Source: Mobula hypostoma
Lineage: Eukaryota
Reading direction: 5' to 3'
NCBI RefSeq assembly: GCF_963921235.1
Contig: NC_086107.1
Location: 94,924,001 to 94,984,000, forward strand
DNA length: 60,000 nucleotides
Both the position numbers and the translations under genes were made by a program. Each line of letters begins with the position of its first letter. Position 1 is the stretch's first letter. Below the pieces are notes generated by a model. It did not search any database. It had not been told where the DNA came from and saw only the letters and a program-made list of their open reading frames with translations. Shown here piece by piece: positions 37,501-49,859 of the stretch.

Positions 37501-39081
37501 GGATACTCTGTCATCTTTGAGCTGCACCTATCCCATGCCTTCTGAATTGCTCCCAGAAACCCCAGCCATTGCTGTCCTACTGCAATCCCTGCTAGTATCC
37601 TCTTCCAATTAACTTCGGCCAGCTCATGCCCCTGTAATTCCCTTTACTCCACTGCAATACAAGTACATCTGACTTTATCTTCTCCCTCTCAAACTGCAGG
37701 GTGAATTCTATCATATTATCATCACTGCCTCCTTAGTGCTCCTTTACCTTAAACTCCCTAATCAAATCTGGTTCATAGCACAACACCCAATCCAAAATTA
37801 CCTTTCTCCTAGTGGGCTCAACCACAAGCTGCTCTAAAAAGCTATCTCATAGGCATTCCACAAATTCCCTCTCTTGGGGTCCAACACCAACCTGATTTTC
37901 CCAATCTACCTGCGTATTGAAATCCCCCATGACTATCACAACATTGCCCTTTTTATACGACTTTTCTATCTCTCATTGCAAGCTGTATCCTACAACTTGA
38001 TTTCTGTTTGGAGGTCTGTTTATAACTCCCAGGGTCTTGTTACCCTTGCAGTTTCTTAATTCTATCCACAGGGGTTCTACATCTTTCGATCTACGCCATC
38101 TCTTGATCTAATTATTTTACCAACAGAGCCACCCACCCCTCTCCTATCCCTTCAATACAAAGTATATGTTAAGCTCCCAGCTGTGATCATATTTCAGCCA
38201 TGGTTCAGTGCTGCTCGCAACTTCAAACTTGCCCATCTCTAACTGTGCTACAAGATCATCTGTCTTAGTCCGCATACTGCGTGCATCCAAATGTAACCCC
38301 TCCGGTCCTGTATTCATCATCCTTTTCAATTTTGCCTCCATGTTAAACTTCAACTCGTGCCATTGACTGTAATTTTGCCCTGCAATCTGCCTGAACTTCC
38401 TCACAGACTCACTACACACTGTGTACCAGCTGCCCCAACCTCAGCCCTATCACTCTGGTTCCCATCCCCCTGCCAAATTAGCTTAAACAGTCCCCAACAG
38501 CTCTAACAAACCCGCCCACAAGGACATTAGTCCCCTCAGATTCAAGTGCAATCCAACATTTTTGTGCAGGTCATACCTTCCCCAAAAGAGAGCCAACGAT
38601 CCCGAAGTCTGAAGCCATGTCCCCTGCACCAATTCATCAGCCACGCATTCACCTGCCAAATCATCCTATTCTCACCCTCACTGGAACGTGGCACAGGCAG
38701 CAATCTAGAGATTACTACCTCGGAGGTCCTGCTTTTCAGCATTATACCCAGCTCCCTATATTCTCTCTTCAGGACCTCCTCCCTTTGCCTACCTATGTCA
38801 CTCGTACCAATACGTCCCACGACTTCCGGCTGTTCACCCTCCCCCTTCAAAATGCTGTGGACTCGATCCGAAGCGTCCCTGATCCTGGCATCTAGGAGGC
38901 GACATACCACCCAGATGCCTCTTTCATGTCCTCAAAAATCTCCTGTCTGCTCCAAATATGGAATCCCCTATCACTACTGCACTGGTGACCCAGAGCCAGA
39001 TCAGTGCCAGAGATCCAGTCACTGCTGCTTCCCCTTGGTAGGTCGTACACCCCACCCCCCAACAGTGCGCAAAGCATTATA

Positions 39082-40142
39082 CAGCGGATTCCAGTTAACT
39101 GGGCCATCGGTTAATCAGAGCAGACGCTTACTTAGACAACTTTTAAAGAACAAAAACTAACTGAGGAAATAGCAGTGATTCCCTTCACTTATTTGGGACA
39201 CTATGCTGCTTATCTGGGACAGGAGACTGTTGCCGAACAATTTCAAACTAGTGTCAGCTGTGTGTACTGTGTGGCTGTTAGATACTACACTGTGCTTTGA
39301 GTGAACAACTTTTAAATAGCAACACACATAAAAGTTGCTAGTGAACGCAGCAGGCCAGGCAGCATCTCTAGGAAGAGGTACAGTCGACATTTCAGGCCAA
39401 GACCCTTCGTCAGGACTTCGGTTAGTCCTCTTTCAGTTAGTCGACTGTACCTCTTCCTAGAGATGCTGCCTGGCCTGCTGTGTTCGCCAGCAACTTTTAT
39501 GTGTGTTGCTTGAAATTCCAGCATCTGCAGATTTCCTCGTGTTTGAACTTTTAAATAGTGTCAATTGCATGTTTAAAAAAATACTAGTTGTTGATAGTTG
39601 GCGAGAAATAAGTGGTTAGACAATTCAGAACTGTTTTGCTCACTGCAGTTTCAAGCAAACAGGCTTGGAGATGCCAGAAATGGCTGGGAGTCACAAAAGA
39701 AACAATTTCATGACCTCAGCAAGTTAGGAACTACAAAGAATTTGAAAGTATTGGCAAACATCATGAATGTTACAATGAAAATTTAGATTTTGAGGACACA
39801 ATCGTCAAAAGCATTGTATGAAGACATTCCATTATCTGCACTAGGTCTGCACTGATTTTGTTCCTTTACAGTCAAAGTAACATGGCAGTGTACACTGGGT
39901 GAATTCCTCTGTTGATAACTTTTAGGAACTAATACACAGTTTTATAGTGCTGTAGAAGTATTGATAGTGTTCTAATTTGTTCTGTGTTTCATTTAAGTAC
40001 TTAATCTGTTACTGAGTTAAACAGTAGGTTTTTTTTTATACCTTTTTAACTATTTCCATGAAATTTCAGGTAATTGGGGCAGCCGCTTAATTGGGTCAAA
40101 ACATACCAGTCCTGATGTGTCCCAATTAACCAGAATCCACTG
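39082..40142. mobile_element. Non-autonomous Tc1/pogo (Tigger-like) element inserted into CR1 ORF1
   Basis: TA duplicated at 39080-39081 and 40143-40144; 22-bp TIRs cagcggattccagttaactggg / cccaattaaccagaatccactg (4 mismatches); CR1 sequence continues on both sides. Confidence 0.85.
39320..39545. mobile_element. Second palindromic Penelope-derived insert of the same subfamily (hammerhead at ~39381-39417 minus; core deleted in the other arm)
   Basis: 13-bp TSD aacttttaaatag (39307-39319, 39546-39558); arms nearly identical to 26867-27167. Confidence 0.88.
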
Positions 40143-43100
40143 TACTTATTATTGAGGGGAATGGCCACAGGGTTACTCTCCTCTGACTGCCCAGTTCCTT
40201 TCCCTCTCCTAACAGTCACCCAGGTACCTGCCTCCTGTAATTTAAGGCGTCTACCTCCCTGTAGCTCCTAACTATCGCTTGCTCATTCTTCTGTACCAGT
40301 CTAAAGGTCATCGAGATACAGCTCCATTTCCTTAACACGGTCTCCGAGGAGCTGCAGCTCGATGCACTTCAGGTGAATGTAGTTATTAGGGAGACTGGAG
40401 GTCTCCCAAAGTTCCCACATCGCACACAAAGAACCTACCACTAACTCTGGACCCATTCTCAACACAGTGGCTATATACAAACGTTTGTACAATGGGGGGG
40501 GGGGTGGAAAACTTACTTAGAAGCTTTGCATGTGCTTGCCCAAGCCTGTTGGGGCAAAGCCTCCCTCTCTAACGCTGGTCCACTCCAACAAAGACCTACA
40601 ACACACAAAGAGTAGGAAGAACTCAGTGGGTCAAGCAGCAGCTGTGGGCAAAGTATCTCAACCTGAACTGTGGACTGCTTATTTCCCTTCACAGATGCTG
40701 CCTGACCTGCTGAGTTTTCTCCAGCATTTTGAGGGCTAATGCCCATCACAGCGATTATAGTAAGTGGAACTCAGGACCTGCATTGACAGAGCTCCTTTCA
40801 CATCCCTTTTGGAACAACTATACAGCCAATGAAGTACTTTTGAACTGTAACTGCCTTTGTGATGGAGTAAGTGTGGTCATCATTTTATGCACACCTTTCA
40901 ACGGACAGAGAGCTCCATTGATCTCCCTCTCTGCTGCCAGCCAAGTAGATACCAGGGCAGAGAATGGTCACAAAGCTCCCCATCCAGTAACTACTCATAT
41001 GCCAGGATCAAAAGTTTTGCTAAAACCGTGGTGAATGTCAGGGTCGAGCACTTATTATAGCAGGGGGTGAGTCGGGTATGGATATGACCAAGACTGGTCT
41101 GCTTGTCTGCACATGCTCTCTCTCAAACACACCCATCCCTTGCAACAAAGTTCATCACTCAGAGTAAATTTATTATCAAAGTACATATATGTTATCTCTG
41201 CTTTATTATCTTGTACATTATTATTCTGTATTTTATTATTACTCAAGTCTGCACACGGTTAAGTGTGTTTTTAAATGTTGCTCCTGTAACGAAAGAATTT
41301 CCTACTCAGGATCAATATTATTATATACTACCTTCAGATTCATTTTCTTGCAGACAATTACAGGGGAAAAAACTAAAAGAATTTACAAAAAACTACATAT
41401 AAACAAAGACTGTAACGAACAACTTATGTTCAAAAGACAAACTGTGCAAATAAAACATACGACACACAAAATGCTGGAGGAACTCAGCAGTTCAGACAGC
41501 ATCTAAGGAAATGAATGAACAAACAGTCCATATTTCAGGCTGAAAACCTTCTTCAGATCTGAAAAGGATGGGAAAAGATGCCAGAATAAAAAGGTGGGGG
41601 GGGGGTGAGAAAAGGGAAAGGAGGCTAGCTAGAAGGTGATAGGTGAAGCCAGGAGGGTGAGAAAGGTAAAGGGCTGGAGAGGAAGGAATCTGATAGCAGA
41701 GGTGACCATCAGAGAAAGGGGAGGAAGAGGGGACCCAGGGGGAGGTGATAAGCGGGAGAGAAGAGGTAAGAGACCATACTGGGGAATAGAAGAGGGGAGG
41801 GGGAGGGAATTTTTTTTTAAACCAGAAGGAGAAATCCATATTCATGCCAAGTTGGAGAGTATCTAGGTCGAACACAAGGTGTTGCTCCTCTGCCCCGAGT
41901 GTGGCCTCATCTTGGCACAAGAGGCAGCCCACGGACCAACATGTCAGAAAGCATGTGTTGTAAGAAGTCTCCAGTCATAGGGTGAGTTCAGAGCTGAGGT
42001 GAGTGAAGTTATCCACAATGGTTCAGGAACCTGATGGATGAAGGGTAATGACTGTTCCTGAACCTGGTGGTGTGGGATGCAAGATCATGTACCTCCCTCA
42101 TGGCCGTCTGATTGGTTCACTTACACACAATCCAGACACATCACTCTGTACACAAGCAGATGGGACTAGACTGGGTTTCAAAGTATAGGCAGCGTTTCCA
42201 AGCCGTGGACTCACAGGACTGTGCTAAAGCCTTAGGCACCCGAGATTTTTTTAATATGGTTTCAAATGGTATGGCCTTCACAGAGCCTTGATCACAGCAT
42301 GATCGTCTACATCATACAACGCAGCACATAACGATGATGACGACCAGCCCTATGCTGTCTGGCCCACTGTCTCTCTCTAATCCCACCAGTCACTGGGTCG
42401 CTGGCCCCACAGGTCTGTCCATGTTCAGGGACTGCTTCACTGTGATTAAGGTTCCTGATGCTGTGCTCTTTTCTTTTGGGGCAAGTAAGTATCTCCTCTT
42501 TACTGTAGGTAAGGAATAGAATCTTTTGGAAACCAAATGGATATTGCTATCCTGTGAAGGTCCCACCAGGAGGGAACTGTCATATTCAGCGCACAATGGT
42601 GACCTGATGAAGGGTCGCGGCCCAAAGTGTCGTCTGTTTACTTCCATCATAGATGCTGCCTGACCTGCTGAGTTAATCCAGCATTGGCCTCCTCTACTGT
42701 CGCAATGAGGCCACACTCAGATTGGAGGAGCAACACCTTATATTCCGTCTGGGTAGCCTCCAACATCGATTTCTTGAACTTCCGGTAATGCTGCCCCTTC
42801 ACCATTACCCATCCCCCTTTCCCTCTTTCACCTTTTCTCCTTGTCTACCGATCACCTCCCTCTGGTGCACCTCCCCCTTTCTTCGATAGCCTTCTGTCCT
42901 CTCCGATCAGACTCTCCCCTTCTCCAGCCTGTATCTCTTTCACCAACTTCCCAGCTCTTTACTTCATCCCTCCCCCTCCTGATTTCACCCATCACCTTGT
43001 GCTTCTCTCTCTCCTCCCCCACCTTTTAAATCTATTCCTCATCTTTTTGTCTCCAGTCCCGCTGAAGGATCTCGGCCTGAAACATCGACTCTGTACTCTT

Positions 43101-44431
43101 TTCCATAGACGCTGCCTGGCCTGCTCAATTCCTCCAGCATTTTGTTTGTGTTGCTCGGATTTCCAGCTCTGCAGACTTTCATTTTTTGTGTGTATTGAAC
43201 TGATGGTTTTATTGGCATTGATCACGGGTAATACTGGCCCAACCTCTGGGGAGAACAAAGAGGTTCTCCGCTCTCTGGGGAGAGCAGAGGCGATAGGGAC
43301 ACTCACAAGGTTTTCAGGTTGGTTTGTGAGTGCACAGGGAACAGAGGTATGGATCACACACAGGTGGAGGTTTAATTCAGCACCATGTTAAACACAGACA
43401 TTGTGTTCCAAAAGGCCTGTTCTTGCGCCGTACTAACCCGAGAGCCCCTTGTTTATCATCTCCTCCACCTGACAGGGACTCGCCCTCAGTCCTGCCTGCC
43501 TTGCAGTCCGACTCCTGAGCTGAGATAGTTGAACTTCAACCTGCACCCTCTTGTAATCAGGAGCCAGCACTTCCTTCCTGTTCCCAACCCACCCAGACAC
43601 CCGATTCCCATTTCCTTCAAAAACTGATTGCAAAATTAGGAAAAAGGAGTCTATAATGTCATGTTTTAGAGTGTGAAGTTGTATTGCTCTGGGCGGCAAG
43701 CTAATCTGAAGACCTCAAGAGCAGCTTCAGGCTGGGCGACGGAATCTGCACCCAGAGCGAGTTGCTGGACTCCGTGATCTCGGCCCGGGGCCTTTCGCAG
43801 CAGGTGCGAGGTACAATACGCTGTTCCGACAATTTAAACACCAGCCCACATCACAGGCCAGAACCGATTTCGCTCACTCTCCGTGATCTTCACTCCTCTC
43901 TCCAGAGCCCCCCGGAGCCTTTCACTGTTCCATCATTGGGTCAATTCAAAGTCTGGCTCAGAAAGACTGAAAAGACAGCGTGTCAGCCGGGATGAGAGCC
44001 GATTTCACTCACTCTCCGCGATGGTCATCATGACGCTGAGGCTGCGAAGACTGCCCTGGCGGCTGTGCTCCGTGCCCGCTAACATGATGAACTGATAATT
44101 GAGGCTTTGGGCCGCAGATCTGAAGGCTCAATTTTGATCCAGATTGTTCGCTTCAATTGTTTGCATGATTTTTTCTTTTCTTTCTCTTGCACATCGAGCG
44201 TGTCTTTTATTTTTATTCTTTTCTTTAAAATTGGGTTGTTTTGGGTTTCCTGCTTTGTGGCTACCAGTGAGCAAGCAAATCTCAAAGCTGTATAATTCAC
44301 ACATTCTTTGAAAATAAATGAAACTTGAATCTTTTAAATTAAAGTCATTAGAGCACAGAAACAGGCCCTTCAGCCCAACTGGTCCATACTAACCAGGATA
44401 TCTATCTGAGCTAGTTCCATGTTCCTCTAAA

Positions 44432-44510
44432 CCAGGCTTTCCCAACCTGCGGTCCATGGACCCCTCAATTAATGGTAGGGGTCCATGGCATAAAAAAAGT
44501 TGGGGCCCCT
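44432..44510. mobile_element. Very small palindromic hAT-like MITE
   Basis: caggctttcccaacc...gttggggcccct ends with internal hairpin ccatggacccct / aggggtccatgg; interrupts a CR1 3' tail. Confidence 0.5.
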
Positions 44511-44589
44511 TTTAATCTTTTCTATCCACATACCTGTCCAAGGATTTTTCAAATACAGTAATTGTACCTGCCTCTACAAGCTCGTTCCA

Positions 44590-45280
44590 TATACTTTATT
44601 GTCGCCAAACAATTGATACTAGAAAGTACAATCGTCACAGCAATATTTGATTCTGCGCTTCCCGCTCCCTGGATTACAAATCGATAGTAAATATTCAAAA
44701 TTTAAATTATAAATCATAAATAGAAAATAGAAAACTGGAAAGTAAGGTAGTGCAAAAAAAAAACCGAGAGGCAGGTCCGGATATTTGGAGGGTACGGCCC
44801 AGATCCAGGTCAGGATCCATTCAGCAGTCTTATCACAATTGGAAAGAAGCTGTTCCCAGATCTGGCCGTACGAGTCTTCAAGCTCCTGAGCCATCTCCCG
44901 GAGGGAAGAGGGACGAAAAGTGTGTTGGCTGGGTGGGTCGTGTCTGGGAGCACTGCTCCGACAGCGTGTGGTGTAAAGTGAGTCCAAGGACGGAAGATTG
45001 GTTTGTGTGATGTGCTGCGCCATGTTCACGATCTTCTGCAGCTTCTTCCAGTCTTGGACAGGACAACTTCCATACCAGGTTGTGATGCACCCTAGAAGAA
45101 TGCTTTCTATGGTGCATCTATAAAAATTAGTGAGGGTTTTAAGGGACAGGCCAAATTTCTTTAGTTTTCTCAGGAAGTAAAGGTACTGGTGGGCCTTCTT
45201 GGCAGTGGAATCTGCTTGGTTGGACCGTCAGGTCATTTGCGATATTGACCCCAAGGATCTTAAAGCTTTTGACCTGTGTG
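44590..45280 (-). mobile_element. Rex1-like LINE 3' fragment
   Basis: AQHITQTNLPSLDSLYT.RC; tail caattgtttggcgacaataaagtat. Confidence 0.75.
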
Positions 45281-46059
45281 AAAATGGTTGCCTTCCGATC
45301 TCCTTTTAAAGGTTTTTAATTTAGAGCTATTTATCATATGTATACTGAAACATACAGTGAAATGCGCCATAAGCGTCGAGAACCAACACAGCCCAACGAT
45401 GTACCTGGGGTAGCCACACATTCTGGTTCCAACACAGCATGCCTACAATGCTCGTCAGAACCACAGGGAACACAACAAGCAAGGGAACACAACAAGCAAT
45501 GAAACAACAACAGTGAAACAAGACACACCCAAACACAAAAACACACTGAGTTCTCTAACCCCAGGGCAGGCCCTCTTCAGCCTCCAGCCGACTCATGGAT
45601 TCACAAGACACCAGGCCCGAACTTCCCCAGCAGACTCAGTCTCCCTCAAACCTGTAACCTGTGCCCTCCAGTTTAAGATCCTCTACCCCAGGGTAAAGGC
45701 TTCATCTTATTTCTGGCCCTCATGTTTCGATGAGGGTCATCTCTCAGTCCCCTACGCTCCGGGGTAAAAAAAAGTCGCAGCCTAGATAGCCCCTGAAGTG
45801 CCAATAATATCCTCCTAAATATTTTCCTGCACCCTGTCCACCTTAGACTGCAGGACAGAGGACACTTTCCAATAGCTAAGGGATACATTTGGGAATAAGG
45901 TGAACAAAGATGCTTTGGAATGGGATTTTAAAGACAAAAATCCTCCAATACTTTACAGGAACAATTCGACACGAGTGGTGGTAGATTTTTAGAATAGTCC
46001 CCCCTCAAGGAATCGGTTATTTTAATCCTTCCCCCCTTTTTATTTAACCTTTGACCAGA

Positions 46060-46475
46060 GTGTTTGATGGGTCTGGGCCTATACCTGCCGGAGTTTAGAA
46101 AGGGCGGGGAAATCTCACATAACCTACAGAATATTGAAAGGCTTAGATAGAGTGGACGTGGAGAGGATGTTTCCTGTTGTGGGTGAGTCTAGGACCAGAG
46201 GGCACCATCTCAGAATAGAAGGCCATTCCTTGGAAACAGAGATGAGAAACAATTCCTTCAACCAGAGAGCGGTAAATCTGTGGAATTCATTACCACAGAC
46301 GAACGTGGAGGCCAAGTCATTGGGAATATTTAAAAGCGGCGGCTGATAGCTCTTCATTAGTCGGGGCGTCAAAGACTGAAGGAGGTTGGGGCTGAGAGGG
46401 AAAATAAAGCGGCCATGATGGAATGGCGGAACGGACTCGACGGGCCGAGCGACCTGATTCTGCTCCGATATCTTA
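46060..46475 (+). mobile_element. CR1 3' fragment
   Basis: KGLDRVDVERMFPVVGESRTRGH.LRI..FNQRAVNLWNSLPQ. Confidence 0.85.
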
Positions 46476-47090
46476 TCGACTTCCCCCCCAAACGCCAGGG
46501 GACCTCCGAGATAAATAAAAAAAAGTCCTGAGTTTAGATAGAAACGCCCAAGGAAATGAGCATCAGAAGAAACGAAAACTCGCTGGGAGTTCAACATAAA
46601 CTGTGGTGGTGTTTTTGGTCTGGAAAACACAGGGTCTCCTCTCTCTGACAATCCCGAAAATAAAAATCCACAAGCTTCACGCCGAGATGATCGAATTCAG
46701 CGGGGCATCACCAGCCCGTCCACAGAAAACAAACAAGCCTCTGCCATCATCACCCCCACCGCCAGCCGGGAACGACGATGTCGCAACTCCAGCCGAGATA
46801 TACACACATAAAAATCGTTAAACCTGAAAATCTGGTTTAATACTAGCTTCATTTCACCCGGACAGGCACTTTCCCCCACTCTTTCACTCCTAATCCCCCC
46901 ACCTCACCCCACACTCGTTTACTCAAACTTGCTTTCAATTGCAAGTTAAAATTTTACCTTTTTTTTCACGCAGGATTCGAGTGTTGGGAGAGAGAGAGAC
47001 GGGGGGGTGGTGGTGTTTTTTCCCCGATCCGAGTCTTTTTAAATAAAGCAATACCGGGGGAAAGAACTGTCTCAGGAGTACACAACTCAC

Positions 47091-47350
47091 CAGAAGTCGA
47101 GTGGTGGCGAATCCCGGATCAGGGATGAGAAACGGGTCGACTCCCAGCGCACTGTAAATCACTCTATTTCCTTCCTTTTTCGGGGAGGTCAGGTGGACAG
47201 GGAGGGAGGGAGGGAGGGATGAGAGAGAGACGAGCTCGCTGAGTGGATTCAACAAGTAAACTCAGCCGTCACGTGTGTGCTCTGCTTGCAGGTGGAGTTT
47301 CTCTTACAGCGCAAAGCGACCCGAATCACTCACTCACTCACTCTCACACA
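47091..47350 (-). promoter_or_regulatory. Candidate promoter and non-coding exon 1 of PRRG2 (donor after 47091)
   Basis: CpG-rich unique island (~46.5-47.4 kb) among repeats; strong donor CTG|gtgagt at 47091/47090; E-box CACGTG 47270-47275. The ATG exon has an acceptor, so an upstream exon is required. TSS not determined. Confidence 0.55.
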
Positions 47351-47689
47351 CCCTGAATTTTTTTAAACCTCGGATCTATGGATCGCCTGGACAATAGCAA
47401 GACCAACTTCAGGCTGCTGTTTATTGATTACCGCTCGTCATTCACCCGGCTGGTGGCGTAATGGCATCAGCATCGGACTTCGGGACGAAAGGTCTCATGT
47501 TCGAATCCAGCCAGCCGGCTCCCCTGCACACTTTCCATCCGTGCTGGGTTACGAGCTGGTGATCTCTTTGGAAACTCATCGTGCAGAGGCACGGAGGGAA
47601 ATCGTCCGCTAACCAGAGAAACTCCTGATGCGACATACCTTTCCTTCCTTCCTTCAGTCCAACACCAGCATACCCTCAGCTCCAAAACC

Positions 47690-48213
47690 TGGGTCAAACT
47701 CCCAAACTGGATCCTTGGGTTCCCTCACCGGGAGACCACAGTCTATGTGAATCGGAAATAACGTCTCCTCCTCGCTGACAAACAACACTAGTGCACCTCG
47801 GTGATGGGTGCTTAGCCTACTGGTCTTCTGTCTTTACACCTAGAATTTCTGTCTTTACACCTAGAACTCAAACGCCACACAGCTATTGTTGGCAGTATTT
47901 CAGACGGAGACGAGGAGGCATAGAGGAACAAGATAGATCAGCTGTTGAGTGGTGCTGCAGAACAACCTTGCACTCAACGTCAGTAAGTCCAAGGGAAACT
48001 GATAGTGGATTTCAGAAAGGAGAAGTTAAGGGAACGTACACCCGTCCTGATCGAGAGATCAGCAGTGGAAAGGGTGAGCAGTTTCAAGTTCCTGAGTGTC
48101 AATATCTCCAAGGATCTGTCCTGGGCCCAACGTATTGATGCAGTTACAAAGAAGGCATGACACCAACGATATTTCATTAGGAGTTTGAGGAGATTTGGTA
48201 CGTCAGCAAAGTC
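47690..48213 (+). mobile_element. Older Rex1-like LINE fragment, continuing at ~49470-49850 and ~52504-52600 (host of two later insertions)
   Basis: RT-like DNA (gtggaaagggtgagcagtttcaagttcctg); downstream pieces match the family 3' end also seen at 14470-15070. Confidence 0.7.
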
Positions 48214-49462
48214 ACTCATAGTCATAGTCATACTTTACTGATCCCGGGGGAAATTGGTTTTTGTTACAGTTGCACCATAAATAATTAAATAGTAATAAAA
48301 CCATAAATAATTAAATAGTAATATGTAAACTATGCCAGGAAATAAGTCCAGGACCAGCCTATTGGCTCAGGATGTCTGACCCTCCAAGGGAGGAGTTGTA
48401 AAGTTTGATGGCCAAGGCAGGAAGGACTTCCTATGATGCTCTGTGTTGCATCTCGGTGGAATAAGTCTCTGGCTGAATGTACTCCTGTGCCCAACCAGTA
48501 CATTATGTAGTGGATGGGAGACATTGTCCAAGATGGCATGCAACTTGGACAGCATCCTCTTTTCAGACACCACCGTCAGAGAGTCCAGTTCCATCCCCAC
48601 AACATCACTGGCCTTATGAATGAGTTTGTTGATTCTGTTGGTGTCTGCTACCCTCAGCCTGCTGCCCCAGCACACAACAGCAAACATGATCGCACTGGCC
48701 ACCACAGACTTGTAGAATATCCTCAGCATCGTCCGGCAGATGTTAAAGGACCTCAGTCTCCTCAGGAAATAGAGATGGCTCTGACCCTTCTTGTAGACAG
48801 CCTCAGTGTTCTTTGATCAGTCTATTGTCAATTCGTATCCCTAGGTATTTGTAATCCTCCACCATGTCCACACTGACCTCCCGGATGGAAACAGGGGTCA
48901 GCGGTACCTTAGCTCTCCTCAGGTCTACCACCAGCTCCTTAGTCTTTTTCACATTAAGCTGCAGATAATTCTGCTCACACCATGTGACAAAGTTTCCTGC
49001 CGTAGCCCTGTACTCAGCCTCATCTCCCTTGCTGATGCATCCAACTATGGCAGAGTCATTAGAAAACTTCTGAAGATGACAAGACTCTGTGCAGTAGTTG
49101 AAGTTCAAGGTGTAAATGGTGAAGAGGAAGGGAGACAAGACCGTCCCCTGTGGAGTCCCAGTGCTGCTGATCACTCTGTCGGACACAGTGTTGCAAGCAC
49201 AAGTACTGTGGTCTGCCAGTCAGGTAATCAAGAATCCATGACACCAGGAAAGCATCCACTTGCATCGCTGTCAGCTTCTCCCCCAGCAGAGCAGGGTGGA
49301 TGGTGTTGAACGCACTGGAGAAGTCAAAAACATGACCCTCACAGTGCTCGCTGGCCTGTACTGGTGGGCGTAGACACGGTTCAGCAGGTAGATGATGGCA
49401 TCCTCAACTCCTAGTCGGGGCTGGTAGACAAACTGGAGGGGATCTAAGTGTGGCCTGACCAT
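48214..49462 (-). mobile_element. Rex1/Babar-clade LINE, 5'-truncated, frameshifted RT
   Basis: LDPLQF.YQP..GVEDAI; STGTPQGTVLSPFLFTIYT; LQKFSNDSAIVG; LQLNVKKTKELVVD; YKYLG; FYKSVVASAI.FAVVCWG; (ctatga)n tail at 48214-48232. Confidence 0.9.
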
Positions 49463-49859
49463 AAATTTGTGACCTCACAAATTTCTACATACTGGTATGG
49501 GGAGGGGGGGGGGCCACAGCACGGGATCAGTAAAAGCTGTAGGAAGTTGTAAACTCAACCTGCTCCACCATGGCCACCAGCCTCCCAAAAATCCTGGACA
49601 CCTTCAGAAGGTGAACCCTCAAAAATGCGGCATCCATCATTAAGGACCCCCATTACCCAAGACGTGGCCTCTTTTCATTGCTACCATTAAGGAGTCTGAA
49701 GGCACACGCTCAATGTTTTGGGAACAACTTCTTCCCCCCAACCTCCCCACCGCCATCAGATTTGTGAACAGACAATGTACCCATGTACACTACCTCACTA
49801 TTTTTTCTTCTCCTTTTGTGCTACTTATTTAACTTATTTTGAAATTATTTCTCCTTTGA

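Larger units (their letters stand above)
36225..40460 (-). mobile_element. Decayed, internally deleted CR1 LINE retaining ORF1 (zinc-finger-like N-terminus and SGNH-esterase-like domain) and parts of ORF2
   Basis: CAMWE..KCIELQLL.DRVKE.E..LDDL (40301-40492); GARI-like..EQPEVV..IGTSDIG..VVIS.LLPVPR..NAWL.NWC (38542-38910); endonuclease start (38144-38419); RT C-terminus LYKALVRP.LEYC (36541-36894). May be a composite of more than one copy. Confidence 0.85.
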
